Positions 15,611 to 28,697 of a stretch of 64,000 bases of DNA are shown piece by piece (positions within the stretch are counted from its first letter, which is position 1; each line of letters begins with the position of its first letter). Source of the DNA: Zygnema circumcarinatum SAG 698-1b. Lineage: Eukaryota; Plantae; Zygnematophyceae. The translations under genes and the position numbers were made by a program. A model generated the notes under the pieces. The model ran no database searches. It saw only the letters and a list, made by a program, of their open reading frames with translations, and had not been told where the DNA came from. The DNA lies in NCBI GenBank assembly GCA_037447605.1, contig CM074809.1, forward strand, positions 3,710,689 to 3,774,688. The letters run 5' to 3'.

Positions 15611-17262
15611 GACGGATCATCCGCCGCATTGCGCGCGCCTGTTTGTCGCCGCCTTCGTGCCTGCTGTACAGTTCAAATCTTCATCGATTGTACGGCCTAG
15701 CGGTCCTTGCCATTTCCGTACGGCGCATGCACATGTTTGTACCACGACTATTGTCACTGCCAGCTGTCTGGTCACTGTACGGACGTCTCAGCGTGACATG
15801 GACTTGCAAGGAATAATTTTCAGGTACTGTACGGTATGTACCGCAAGGCCTACAGTACTGTACTGTCATGAACCACAGCGTACGGAGATATTCAACAATT
15901 ATAGGCATGACGCTGACGCACCTTCCCGCTGATTGGTTAATTTCTGGTTTGGGGGTACTGTACCAAACACTCGTCCAATGCCGTACAGTGTGTTTCACGT
16001 GTATGGCAGGAATTGTCGTGTTGCCGAACATTCGTGGAGGAAACTCGAGGTGTGTTCGCAATGTCGGAACGGAATGGAACGGACTGGTTGGTCGTGGTTG
16101 TACTGGGGACTGACTGACTGGTCACATGGGCGGACACGTAGTTTATGGGGATCTTTGCGTGTAGCTGAGAACGGCGTACATGTGTTATGGAACGCGCGTC
16201 TCTTACGGCCCGTTTCACATTCCAGTTTGAATCCAGTGCTGCTGCATGAAACGGAACCAGGACATGTATCCACCCGCGGGAAGGACTATCAGAAAATTCT
16301 GAGAAACTCCACAGCCATGAAAAACCAATATGGCCGTACAGAAACTACAGTTCGCAGTTTGTAAAATAAAAACCTCGTTTTGAAAGTGTACGATTGCGCC
16401 GTACAAAAAATAGGACTCCAAATATTTGAGTCAACGAGATACGATAAGATATAATACGATATGACGCGATACGATACGATACGACATCGGTCTGTTCCCA
16501 ACACAGTACGGAAATTGCACGCGCGATTTCGCTGTTACAAATTTGGCGGAGAATGTTGACCGCTGCGATTACGAATTTTTGAATTTGAAAAAGTGCCGGC
16601 TGCTTGCCTCACTCCGTCGACTGAACCTGGACGGGATCTTCGCCAGGTTCATTTCATTTCGCGTCCAAAATGAATCCGCCGCTGGTTGTTCCACTCTCCC
16701 GAAACACCGTCACAGTTCCGAACTGTTTCTGAATCGCTTCGACTCAAAAGTAAGGTGAAAACTTGGCTAAATTTTAACAATTCCAGACTTCAAATTTACA
16801 AATTTCAAATCCCAGTGTTGTGTTGTGAAGTGTTGGCTGTTGTTTATACTCTTTCAAGTGCTTTCTGTCGGCAACAAAAATCAGCAGCAGATAATACCGT
16901 GGTAGTTTTCTTTCTATGTTCCGTCTGTCTCGATGTTACCGGCATCACCTTGTGGAGAGGAGAACCCATGCTAGAGAAAAGAAAAAAAAAGGGGGGAGAA
17001 AAAAAGAGGAGCTTTGCGCACAATATTGTGAGCAGAGTATCGCCAATTACAAAACGACACAATGTGTGGTCGCTCTGTCTAAAAATATGAACAATGTCAG
17101 CCACTATCGTGACTGAAAAATGAAAAATTTTCAGCCTCAAACTGAAGCATTCCTCCTAACGAGCCATGCCCAATCTGTACAAACAGCAACTGATCCTCCA
17201 ATCAGACATGCAGCCCTCTATGCATATACAAAAAATAGAATAAAAAGAAGAATTGGACTCCT

Positions 17263-18627
17263 TCAATTGATGGAGTCAAACGTGAAGCCCTCCAGCTCTA
17301 TGAGCACCTCGTTTCGCTGCCCTCCCCCCCCACCCCAAAAAACAAAAAGGAAGGAAAATAACCAGCCACAAATACCCAACATCAGTTCCATATACCGACC
17401 CGAAGACATAGCAAGCTAAGAAGATCGATTCTGTGCCCTATAATGTCGAGATTCAAAGGAATTCTCTGCGTTGGTTGCAATGATTTGGAACGAAAAAAGA
17501 GGTGAAGGTGAAGGTGAAGGTGAAGGTAGAGTTAGTTAGTTAGTTAGTTAGTCACCTGAAGGAGGGGGATGGGGCTGCCTCCGTTGTACCGCACAAGGGC
17601 GAACCCCTCCTTGGGCTCGCACTCGCTTTGAAGGACCGAAACTCGCAGGGCCTTCTCTTGCGACATCAGCGTCTCTATGGACGGAGTTCCGTTAAACGTA
17701 ACGGCGGCAACCGTTGACGATGGAACCTCCACAATCCGAACTTCCGAAGATGGCAAAGGATCAGGAAAGCTGTTGAAAGGGAAAAGAACACGGAATTCAG
17801 AAGGGAAAATATCTGCGATTCGGGAAGAGGCATTCGGAAGGGTTTCAGAATTTTGACTTCTTGTCCGGTAAAAGATTCAAAGGCAAACTATTCACTAATG
17901 TGCACCTTTCTACAGATTTTTTGTCCGCGAGAAAGAGCTGTGCTGAATAGGAGGAGGAGCCCTCCCCCTTCTTCAAAATCGGCACTCCCCCCTCCACCTT
18001 CTCTCCTCTCCCATTCTGCCCGTTCACATATCTGCACGCAAAAAAAAAAAATCGATAGAAAAATTTCAAGCATCTCCCTTAGCGTTCACTTGCATGCTCG
18101 CATTCGTTACTAAAGGATACGAAGATCTCGATAAGAAAGGCAATTGGCGCTATCAAATATTAACAGAAATTACAGAAATCATCGACAATAGCATCAAGCA
18201 AAAAGAGGGGCAACGAGGAAGACATACTTCATTAGTTCGGAAAATTCGGTGTTGTTGCTTTTAAACATTTCGCTTGATTCCGAAATCGGCGTTTCAGCTA
18301 CAACAAAGGAGGGATAGTGGCGGATCTGAAGAGAGATGAAAAATTACGAGCGTGAGAAGGGGCTGAAAGGGACGGATATAGACATGGGAGAACATTACAC
18401 AGCTGTTGGAAGTAGAGCAAAGGAAGAAGGAGAAGGGAAAAATAAGCGTTTAGAGTGATGATTTCTATTACCGTAGAGAGGAATGAGAGAGAGCGGGGGA
18501 GGAGGGAGAGACAACCACAAGACGAGGGAGAGAGAGGGAGATGGAAGGAGAGAGACAGAGCGAGAGAGAGAGAGAGAGAGAGAGGGAGATGGAAGGAGAG
18601 AGACAGAGCGAGAGAGANNNNNNNNNN

Positions 18628-18669
<42 letters not shown>

Positions 18670-21442
18670 TGAGAGAGAGTGAGAAGGGGGGGAGGGAGAG
18701 AGAGAGAGAGAGTGAGAGAGGAGCTGCAGCTCCAAGCGTACCTCAAAGTTAGCCCTTCGCACCAAAATGCGGTAATTAGGAAATGCCTTCTCTGGACTGC
18801 CGTAGATTTGGGAAGACTGAAATTTTCGAATTTCCAAAAAATAAGCACAAACATGCCCCTCCCATCTTTCTGAGTATCAGTAACGAGGTTCAGACATATT
18901 CACTTCTATGTAAGCCATTATTTTTTTATTTTTATTTTTTCCTTTCCAAAGGACTAAAGATATCCCACCTGCTTCAAGAGCTCCCTTAGACCTTCCGCGG
19001 AAAAATATTTTTGGTCTTTAATGGAATCCCAAATATCCTGCACATGCCGCCAAAATCAATATATAATGCCAGAACAACGCAAATTTTTACCCTTTCCAGC
19101 CGCTTCTCTCTTCACCTCTCTCTCACTCTCCCTCTCTCTCTCACACACACACACACTCTCACTTCCTCTCCCTTCTCACTCTCCCAACCATCTCCCTCTA
19201 CAGAATGCTAAAGTATTTGATGAAGTATCCACTGCGCTTCTGTTCTGCCGAAATAACTACTAACATTTCACAAACGTCCTGAAGGACCTTTAGAACCCTC
19301 GAAACCCTAATTCAAAAAGAAAAACAAGAACCTAACTTTCACGAATTGGGGTGCAAATGGGGCTTGCTTACAATGTGAGAATTAAATCGACCGGTTTCTG
19401 GGTTTACGCCGTATATGGAGAGCCCAGAAAAGACAAGGAGGGGCCGCCACGGAAGCAGACGAAAATCCATCGTCATAGTCCAACGTGTCGTAATCTCATT
19501 GGGCCCCGTCTGAAAAAGAAAGCGATCTTAAGTAAGGATCTTCGGCCATGGTGTCTCTCTCTCTCTCACACTCTCCCTCTCTCTCTCTCACTCTCTCACT
19601 CTCCCTCTCTCACTCTCACTCTCTTCTTCTCTCTCACACTCTCCCTCTCACACTCTCTCTCTCACTCGCTCTCTCTCACACACTCTCTCTCTCACTCTCT
19701 CTCTCTCACTCTCTCACTCTCTCTCACACTCACTCACACTCTCTCACTCTCTCTCTCACTCTCACACTCTCTTACTCACTCTCTCTCTCACTCGCTCTCT
19801 CTCACACTCTCTCTCTCACACTCTCTCTCTCACTCTCACTCTCACTCTCTCACTCTCTCTCACTCTCTCTCACTCTCTCTCTCACACTCACTCACACTCT
19901 CTCTCTCTCACACGCTCGCTCTCACACTCTCTCTCACTCTTTCTCACAATCTCTCACTCACACTCTCTCTCTCACTCTCTCTCTCACTCGCTCTCTCTCT
20001 CTCACTCTCACTCTCACACACACACTCTCTCTCTCTCACTCACGCTCTCTCTCACTCTCTTACACTCTCTCACTCTCTCTCCCACTCTCTCCCTCTCTCA
20101 AAGAAACACACACTCGCTTTCTCCCATTTCACGGAACGGTTCCCCGTTTTTCTCTGCATGTACCGCCCACCTGGTACGTCTTCTGCAGGTCGAACCCGGG
20201 GCTGAACATGAGGCGGAGCAGCTGAATGTTGAAGAGATACCCCGCAAGCGAATCGTACTTTGTGATCGGATCCTCGAAATTCATCTTCTCCTCAAACCGA
20301 GCGCGGTCAAGCTCCTGCAAACCAAAAGGAAAGGAAAGCAGCTTGAGTTGAAGGTGAAGGTGATTCATTCATTCGTTCACATGGTTCGATCAGAAGTTAA
20401 GGAGGTGCCGATTTCAGGCAGATGCTGGCACATAGAACGTCACTGAAACCGTTTTCAGTTTGAGGGAACAAGCAAAACCTGTTGAATGCGGGAGCATTTT
20501 AAAAATGGGGCCTTGAAAATGAAATAAATTTTACAACGATGGCATCATCAAACGACTTCAGCTGCTGCAGGTCATTGGAAGTGCACATGTGAAGCTTTTG
20601 TTTGTGTTGGTTAAACATTTTGTTAAACGCCACATGTTCTTCATTTTCTGTTTACATAAAAAAAAAAAAAGGGGATAAGCACATTGTGGGTCTTCTTCTT
20701 TTCATTCTTTCGAGTATCCATTTTAAGAAATTTGCATCTGAATGCTCATCTCATCACTGGATGCAGCGAATGATCATAATGCCAAACCATCTATTTACTC
20801 ATGTTCGCAAAATGTATAAAAAAAATACATTTGCTCAAGAGTTTAGATTTTTTAGTTTCATGGAGCACATTTCAAGTTCTGAATATACCGCTTATGGGGC
20901 GGAATTTCAAAAATGAAAAAATAAAACGATTAATTTTTATAAACTAATCCCCAAGTGAAGTGACAATTCACTTGGGAAAAAAAAAATTCCCATATTTTTA
21001 TGCGCTCCACTTTCTTGAGAAGAAAAATAAGCAGAAAAATCCTCTGTTTTTATTTTACCCCTTTTTCAAAAAGTTTGGGGAGGTCCGTGTTCAAATATTG
21101 AATGAGCTCCTCGACTTTCTCCCCCGATATCGCCTTCTCCGCGATGCCAGCTGGCGCTGACGTTGATCCTGCTGTCGCTTTGACACGTGGAAGCACCTGC
21201 TGATTGACAGCTGGCAATCTATGAAGCCCATGGCTTCCCACCCCTCTCCAAGCGACACGTGGCAGGCTCCTACTGACTTGTCCGCCTGTCAGAGCCCCCC
21301 CTGCGATAAACAAGCGACACGTGGCGTTCTCAGGCACACCGCAGAGGATGCCACGTGGAGAGCTACGAGGTGCAGGACACGTGGACTCAACGCCGCAGGG
21401 CGCAGAGTGCCACGTGGCAGCAGCTCCGCAGGTTGCGGCCAT
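17263..21442 (-). CDS. SOUL haem-binding protein with N-terminal SnoaL-like/DUF2358 domain and plastid transit peptide (HBP5-like), about 8 exons
   Basis: Spliced pieces: ELIQYLNTDLPKLF; FEDPITKYDSLAGYLFNIQLL; GPNEITTRWTMTM...LLPWRP...GVNPETGRFNSHI; PNYRILVRRANFEVR; AAVTFNG...ALVRYNGG; final exon RNEVLIELEGF...TGA. Confidence 0.9.
19555..20100. repeat. (CT)/(CACT) compound microsatellite in SOUL intron
   Basis: Direct inspection. Confidence 0.9.
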
Positions 21443-21960
21443 GTCACGCTCGCACGTGCTAAGAATACAGAAACGCAAGACGTCGGATTCGGAAATTAAA
21501 GGGAGCGTGTCGGTGTCTGTTTACACGTGCGAGGGCGCAATTTAATTGGACAATGTTCTCGCAAACGGTAAGACTGCCACGTGTACTATGGGCCACGTGG
21601 AGGGCTGAGAACGATAAGATTGGATTCACAGAACCGGATCGAAACTGAATACGTTCAGACCGTGAGAAAGTTAAGAAAGAAAAAAATCAATTTACTGTTG
21701 TGAGCAGTTATTGTGGAACTGCAATTTGCCACGTGGACAGTCGTTATACCAGAACAGTGATCTATGTCGGCGGGCACATTGAAAACGTTTTTTTCTGCCC
21801 GTGTTCTGGCTGGGTGCGAGTGCCAGCGGGAGGGGCACGTGGCAAAGACTTTTGTCGGGACTAGGACCTTCCAGCTGGCACTGTGCTGGCAGCTTGCGGA
21901 CCTGGCGAACGGTCCAAACGGCAATGACGCCAGCTGCCGCCTTACACCGAACGCACGTGT
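21180..21960. promoter_or_regulatory. Cluster of 13 CACGTG G-boxes spanning SOUL exon 1 and its upstream region
   Basis: CACGTG at 21184, 21256, 21318, 21352, 21378, 21411, 21453, 21524, 21578, 21594, 21730, 21836 and 21954. Confidence 0.6.
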
Positions 21961-22200
21961 CGCTCGAAACGCATACGGAGCCGGAAGACGTGAACTGCTT
22001 CCGCTTCCGCTCAACAACAACGCTNNNNNNNNNNNNNNNNNNNNNNNNNNNNNNNNNNNNNNNNNNNNNNNNNNNNNNNNNNNNNNNNNNNNNNNNNNNN
22101 NNNNNNNNNNNNNNNNNNNNNNNNAAACGACAATGATTTAGAAAACTGATGAATTTCGATGCAGTTTTTAAGCATTTAGTAAGTTATATGGTAGTCTTAC

Positions 22201-25200
22201 CCCCTCTTTGTAGGCCAAAGCACGCTTCTGCATGGCTTCCTTAGCCGCTTTCGACTTATCGATCGATTTCTTGACAAGCACAGCCGAGCCTTTGCACTTG
22301 ACTATGAATTTGTGCTGCCACATTTTTTTCAAATTAGAGTATCAGGAACAATCAGAATTTCAAACGAGGCCACAAGTAGCAAGTACTGGGGACAAATTAT
22401 TTCTAATTTCACATTTTGTCTGGACGGATCTATGCGCTGCCCCGCCGTTTGAATTCCGTTTCAGATCGATAACAAAAACAAGATGTGAATGTGTGGATAC
22501 CAGCACCACCTCATGCAGGATTAGGTTTAGGATTCAAAAGGATGGATCTGGTTGTTAAAAATGAAATGAAAATGAAAATGAAAATGTACTTGTAAAAGGG
22601 CCGTTGCAGTGAGTCGATTCTTGGGGTCTTTGGCCAAACACTTTGCCACAAAATCGTGGAAGAGAAGAGACCTGCCCTACGGGCAAAAGGGGGCAAAAAA
22701 ACGCACAAAGAAAGGACAAAAAGTAGTTCTTTAGTCGGCGGCTATCTATTGCGTATGAACATCGCACACCTCCCCTTCTATTTTTCTCTCTCCCTCTCAC
22801 TCTCTCCATCTCTCCCTCTCCTTTCCTCCCTCCCTCCCTCCCTCTCCCTTCCTCCCTCCCTCCCTCCCTCTCCCTTCATCCCTCCCTCTCTCCCTCCATC
22901 CTTCCCTCCCTCCCTCGCTCCCTCCATCCTTCCCTCCCTCCCTCCCTCCCTCCTCCCTCCCTCCCTCCCTCCTCCTCCTCCCTCCCTCCCTCCCCTCCCT
23001 GCTCCTCCCTCCCTCCCTCCTCCTCCCTCCCTCCCTCCCTCCCTCCCTCCCTCCCTCCCTCCTCCCTCCTCCTCCCTCCCTCCCTCCCTCCTCCCTCCTC
23101 CTCCCTCCCTCCCTCCCTCCCTCCCTCCCTCCCTCCCTCCCTCCCTCCTCCTCCCTCCTCCTTCCCTCCCTCCCTCCTCCCTCCCTCCCTCCTCCCTCCC
23201 TCCCTCCCTCCCTCCCTCCTCCTCCTCCCTCCCTCCCTCCCTCCCTCCCTCCTCCCTCCCTCCCTCCTCCTCCCTCCTCCTCCCTCCCTCCCTCCCTCCC
23301 TCCTCCCTCCCTCCCTCCCTCCCTCCCTCCCTCCCTCCCTCCCTCCCTCCCTCCCTCCCTCCCTCCCTCCCTCCCTCCCTCCCTCCCTCCCTCCCTCCCT
23401 CCCTCCCTCCCTCCCTCCTCCCTCCCTCTCCCTCCCTCCTCCCTCCCTCCCTCCCTCCCTCCCTCCCTCCCTCCTCCCTCCTCCTCCCTCCTCCCTCCCT
23501 CCCTCCTCCCTCCCTCCCTCCCTCCCTCCCTCCCTCCCTCCCTCCCTCCCTCCCTCCCTCCCTCCCTCCTCCCTCCCTCCCTCCCTCCCTCCCTCCCTCC
23601 CTCCCTCCCTCCCTCTTCCTCCCTCTTTCCTCCCTCCCTCCCTCCCTCCCTCCCTCCCTCCCTCCCTCCCTCCCTCCCTCCCTCCCTCCCTCCCTCCCTC
23701 CCTCCCTCCCTCCCTCCCTCCCTCCCTCCCTCCCTCCCTCCCTCCCTCCCTCCCTCCCTCCTCCCTCCCTCCCTCCCTCCCTCCCTCCCTCCCTCCCTCC
23801 TCCCTCCCTCCCTCCTCCCTCCCTCCCTCCTCCTCCTCCCTCCCTCCCTCCTCCCTCCCCCCCTCCCTCCCTCTCTGCTTCCCTCCACCGTCCTCACCAT
23901 TTTTCTGGATCTGCAAGTGTGGGGGGCGGCTCCCTTGAAATCATAAACAATACCTGCAGAGCTGATGCACGTTTTTCAGATCGTAGAAACTACAGGTGCC
24001 ATATTTTAAGCAGTGTCTCTCGTCATACTTAAGAAAGAAAAAGGCTGTGATAGGAGTGATAAAGCACATTTCTGTGAAAATGAACCAGCAAAGATTAGGG
24101 TTTAATGGGTGAATATACCCTCATGGGATGCACGTTGGATCTGGGAGGTAAGCCCTGCAGATATTTTAAACGGAACAATTAGGGAAAGGAAAGGTGGGAC
24201 TACGTTCCGTGCTCAAAAAACGTCAAAAAAAGAAAAAGAAACAACGGCAAACCTCTTATTCATTAACCAATGATGTGCCTTAGAAAGAAATGCTAATATA
24301 AAAAAGAGATGATTAGAAAACTAAGAAAGGAGAGCCCACCTCTGCCATTTCGATAGCCGAAACCCCGAGAGCCCATATATCCACCTGATTCCCCCAAAAA
24401 ATGACAAAAAAAAAATCACAAAGAAACCCAATAATAAAGATAGCAACAACAAGCAAACAAAAACAAAAACAAAAAACAGAAAAGCCATGGAACAAGCCAA
24501 AAAAAAATAATCGCTGACCTTCCCATCGTAGAGGCTCTCCTGAATGACCTCCGGCGCCATCCAATGGGGTGTGCCGATAAACTGCGAATTCGAACAATTG
24601 TGATCAGTTTCTGCGTGTTTCCATGTGAAGGCACATGTCAAACTGAATCCGTTCCACAGCATCATCTCATGAAGGGAGAGGATCCGCCATCAAGAGCCGA
24701 CCGTGTTCCGTTTCGACATCGTCCTCGTCAGCTGCGCAGCCACTCCGAAATCACCTGCAAGAGAGAGCAAAGGAAAGAGGGAAAATATCTCTCAATGCTA
24801 GCCACTCCCTCCCCTGCTCCCCCACTCTACTTGTCTCTCTCTCTCTCTCTCTCTTTTCCCCTACCTGTCTTTACTTCTCCCCCCAAAAATGTCCCCCAAC
24901 CACCCTCCCCCCTCCCTCCTCTCCCTCCCCCCTCCCCCTCCTCCCTCTCCCGCCTCTCCCTATCAGTCTCCCTCTGCCTCTCCCTCTGCCTCTGCCTCTG
25001 CCTCTCCGCCTCCCTCTCTCTCTGCCTCTCCCCCGATGAGAGAGTGCGGTCCTGACCGAGTTTGACTTCCCCGGAGTCAGTGAGCAGCACGTTCCCCCCC
25101 TTGATGTCACGATGCACTTTGAAAATGCTGTGCAGGTAGGCCAAGCCCTGCCAGCCCCACCCGGCACCTCTCAAATGTTACGAATTTTCCACTTTTTTCA

Positions 25201-26369
25201 CGTTTTTCAAATTTCAGTTTAATCCCCCCGGTCAAGTCGTAAAGAAGCGCAGGCACAGATCCCTAGACGGAATCGATGTTTGATGTTTCTCTTAGATGAT
25301 AGGAAAGGAAAAAAATTGAGTTCTGAATTTGACCTTGAGAGCCTCCCGACAGACGTAGGCGATGACTGCTTCATCGAGCGGCTCATCACTGTGACTGACA
25401 AGATCAGCCACACTTCCACCTCCGCAGTATTCCATCACAATCTGCACAACAGTCATGTGGAGTGCAGAATTGAAGGAAGGCTGAGGAAGGATGGAATGCT
25501 GAATATTCTTAAACTAGCCTAAAAACATTCTGAAATTGATGCGGTTTCAATCCTTCGTCCTCCAATTCTTCATCCGCAGTGGTTGTTTGGGAGAGGAGGA
25601 GGAACCCACCCACAAGAAATCTTGGCCATAGTAACTCCCCATGTAGCGCACAACGTTTGGGTGGTTGCATTGCTGAAGCATCTCAATTTCCCCTCGCAAA
25701 TCCTCATAGCCATCTTCCTGCCCTCATGCAGTGGTCACTTCACACTTGTTAAGGCACGGTTGTCTCAACATCCATCACAAAAGATACAAAAGCCAAGAAT
25801 AGTTTCTTCAATGTGACAATTTACAAAGTTTGCTGTATTGAAACTTTTTCCAAAAATGGCTGAGAAAGGGAAGCCGACTCACCCCTTCAGCGAGAGAAAT
25901 GACCTTTATCGCCACTAGTTCCGATGTCAAACGATCTCTTCCTTTGTACACAGACCCGTACGACCCCTTTCCTACAAAAAAGAGAAAAAAAAGTAAGATG
26001 CGTGTGAGGAGCTCCTCTATTTGAAAGCCCTGAGAAAAGAGACGTTTTTCATTTGTATTTTTTTAATTTTTTAAACGTTGTTTTGTAAGATTTCCGTTAA
26101 GTTGAAAGGTAACAAAATGAAACCCTTAAACTTCTCTAAGCTTTTTGTCAAATAAGCCGCTCCAAGAACCCCCTTCTGATGCAACTTTTGAATTCTGCAT
26201 GCCGCTCACCCAACTCATTCAGAAGCTCGTACTTGAGAGCGGGGTCGTCCTCGCCCGCCCTCTCCGACGACGAGTTCGCCTCACGCCGACGGCTGTCCAG
26301 GTTCAGAGGGAACGCGCCGCCTGCCTCCTCATCAGACTTTATCACCATGGAGTTGTAGCCGTCCTCCAT
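22201..26369 (-). CDS. Ste20/MAP4K serine-threonine kinase (SIK1/Hippo-like), 3'-incomplete at the assembly gap; about 12 exons
   Basis: [14 protein letters not shown]|[10 protein letters not shown]...VAIKVI; [18 protein letters not shown]; [14 protein letters not shown]; [13 protein letters not shown]; [17 protein letters not shown]; [15 protein letters not shown]; [15 protein letters not shown]; [12 protein letters not shown]; LFMISREP; [12 protein letters not shown]; HKFI. The last visible donor is at 22200, followed by 100 N at 22025-22124. Confidence 0.93.
22800..23885. repeat. About 1.1 kb (CCCT)n/(GGGA)n satellite-like tract in kinase intron
   Basis: Direct inspection; this tract is the source of the spurious PPSL/REGG ORFs. 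Confidence 0.95.
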
Positions 26370-26380
26370 GGCGCCCTTCC

Positions 26381-26506
26381 AACCCTAACCCTAACTCTGA
26401 CCCTAACCCTAACCCTAACCCCCTAACCCTGACCCTAACCCTAACCCTAACCTTTATCCTAACCCTAACCCTAAATTCAGCCGATAAGCTGTAAGCCTAA
26501 CCCTAA
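26381..26506. repeat. Interstitial telomere-like (CCCTAA)n/(TTAGGG)n array
   Basis: About 15 imperfect AACCCT units starting 12 bp upstream of the kinase ATG, with further units to about 26860. Confidence 0.85.
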
Positions 26507-27818
26507 GTCGATCCACAGCCCTACGACTAATGTTACCATTGGTCCTCAGCCTGAGCCTGCTCCCCGAGCTTCCCTTTCACCCTAATTCCTCCTCGTCAAC
26601 CCGAAATCGAATTCGAGCTCTTCCAGCCCCAGCCTTACCTCGTGTAAAAAATAATCCTCATCCTCAGCATCATCATATAAGGCCGCTCATCCTCGCGGCA
26701 GCCCTTCCCCGAAACCCTAACCCTATCCCTGCACATCCCGCCCTGCCTCCTTTTAACCCCAACCCTAAAGCTAGCCCTAATCTCAACCCTTATCTCCCTT
26801 TTTTCTGTGATTTTTTTTTTTTTTTTAAAGAAGAAAAGAAACTTTCTAACCCTAACCCTAACGGGTTCAGGGACTGTTCCGTTACGGTGTGCATGCGCAG
26901 TTCCATGCTCAAAAAATTAACCGGCTCCGGATACATGTCACTTGATTTAGCGGATTTCTCACATGTAAAAGTACACGTGGCAGTTCGAGAGTGCTCAGTG
27001 GCCGCCAGGCGGCGACGGCAAGTGGAACACCTGGACCAGGCCTTGACCGTACTCTCCGTGATTCCCGGAGGATCTGCCCAGCCAGCCACCGACACTTTCG
27101 CGCTAGCTGCCGCCTATTTCCCAACTGCCGTTTTTGTCGCATATGAAAATTCGGTTGACCGGTTCCGACAGGTCAGAGACGACAAAAAGAGAATATATAC
27201 GGCTTTTATAATTCTGCGATAATGAAGACAACTAGAACATCTCCGTACACAGAAAATACAAAACGTTTGGCCAGGTCTCCTCAAATAAGGGGCGTTATGC
27301 TCGATTTCGCAGCTCGCGAAGAACCGTCGATGAAATGGGCGGACACGATGCCGCCAGGAAGGCATTCGCATGGAGTGCACTCGCCGTTGCGTGAAAAGCA
27401 ACGCAACGGCTAAGCCGCCGCTTGGAGAGGGAGTGGTCCTGGTGGTTTCGAAGGCAGCTTAGCCGCCGCGTACGCGTAGTACGCAATCCCTTGCGCGTTC
27501 AGTTNNNNNNNNNNGCGCATGTGAAGGCACGGCCCGACCCTTCGGCAAAAAAGGAACTCACAGTATCACACAAGACACAAGCCACAATTTGAAACCAAGA
27601 GACAATTGTAAACTTGTACGAAATTGTAAAATGTGTAGAGACCAGTACATCGAGAGAACCGGACACACAACAACTCGACGATATGCGTTTACAAAATTCG
27701 AAACCTTGTATATATGAAATGGCTTTGTGTACAAATTTGATTGTTAAAAGTGTGAGTAGTTGCTAGTGGCTGGTATGAATGAAACCGGCGTTGTTTCCCT
27801 TGTTTGGTNNNNNNNNNN

Positions 27819-28129
27819 GCTGCGCCGACCCGGCGGCGGGGCCTCGCGGGGCTGCGGAGCGTACGGCAGGCGGGGGCGTAAGGGACTGCGGCTCCGCGAT
27901 CGCGGGAGATCGACGGTCGCTTGCGCCCGCTCGGGGCTGCGAGCGGTTTACATAAGGGATATCCTCTTTTCAGGAGCGTAGTTTTCCGTTCCTAGCTTTT
28001 TTCTTTTGGGCTTAGGTCCTTTGCACCCAGTTGTTCGTGGTTACCCATGATGCCGATTTTGTCCATGGACATTTGATGGCCTCATCGCCATCGCGAGATC
28101 AATGCCACATCAATTTCTCAAAAAAAAAA
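27819..28129 (+). mobile_element. 3' end of a CRE-like non-LTR retrotransposon (related to the 58310-58875 insert), ending in A10
   Basis: Shares TTTCCGTT..AGCTTT and ACATTTGATGGCCT..GCCATCG.GAG.TCAAT...ACATC with the 3' end of the 58.3-58.9 kb insert. It is followed by poly(A) at 28120-28129; the 5' side is hidden by an N gap. Confidence 0.6.
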
Positions 28130-28514
28130 TGTACGGATCTACACGCCCGCTAGCAGAGCGTCATCCGTACATAACCGTACATATGTACCGTCCGTGTGCA
28201 CCTTACTGTATTATTTATGGCCTTTTTCCAAAACCAATTTACGGGTCAGTCCTTAGGCCAGAATCCCCTGAGAATGCCTTATTATGGCAGTTTAATTGCC
28301 CACGCGTACGGTCCATATGTACGATATGTACGGCATATCTGATCGCCAGTGGCCAATCAGGGGTGACAAGCGACGACTAGGTCGGTGCCGTACGCCCTGG
28401 GGCTCCCCGGCAGCGGCGCAGCGCCACCTGGTAGCTGGCGGGAGGGCGGGCCCGCCCTCCTCGCCTCTCCCTCTCCCCCCCTCTCTCCCTCTCTCTCTTC
28501 CTCGCCCTCTCTAT

Positions 28515-28697
28515 CTCTCTCTGCAATTTCGACTCTCTCCCATTCAGGGCCCCGCTCTCCCCCTCCGCCACTCTATCCCTTGCACCCCTCCCCATATCTC
28601 TCTCCCTCTCTGTCTCTCTCTCTGCAATTCGGACTCTCTCCCATTCAGGGCCCCGCTCTCCCTCTCCGCCTCTCTATCCCTCGCACCTCTCCCTCTC
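28515..28697. repeat. About 100-bp imperfect tandem duplication upstream of MFS paralog B
   Basis: CTCTGCAATT..GACTCTCTCCCATTCAGGGCCCCGCTCTCCC...CTCTATCCCT.GCACC occurs at about 28519 and about 28620. Confidence 0.8.

Noticed and set aside
22656-24032. 458-aa Pro-rich 'extensin-like' ORF and the opposite-strand REGG ORFs
   Set aside because: These are translations of the intronic (CCCT)n tract within the kinase gene.
26381-26506. True chromosome end
   Set aside because: The array is short, degenerate and internal, with genes on both sides.
26530-27222. 230-aa ORF next to the telomere-like repeats
   Set aside because: It has no recognisable motif, includes NPNP from AACCCT repeats and a poly-T run, and lies in the kinase upstream region.
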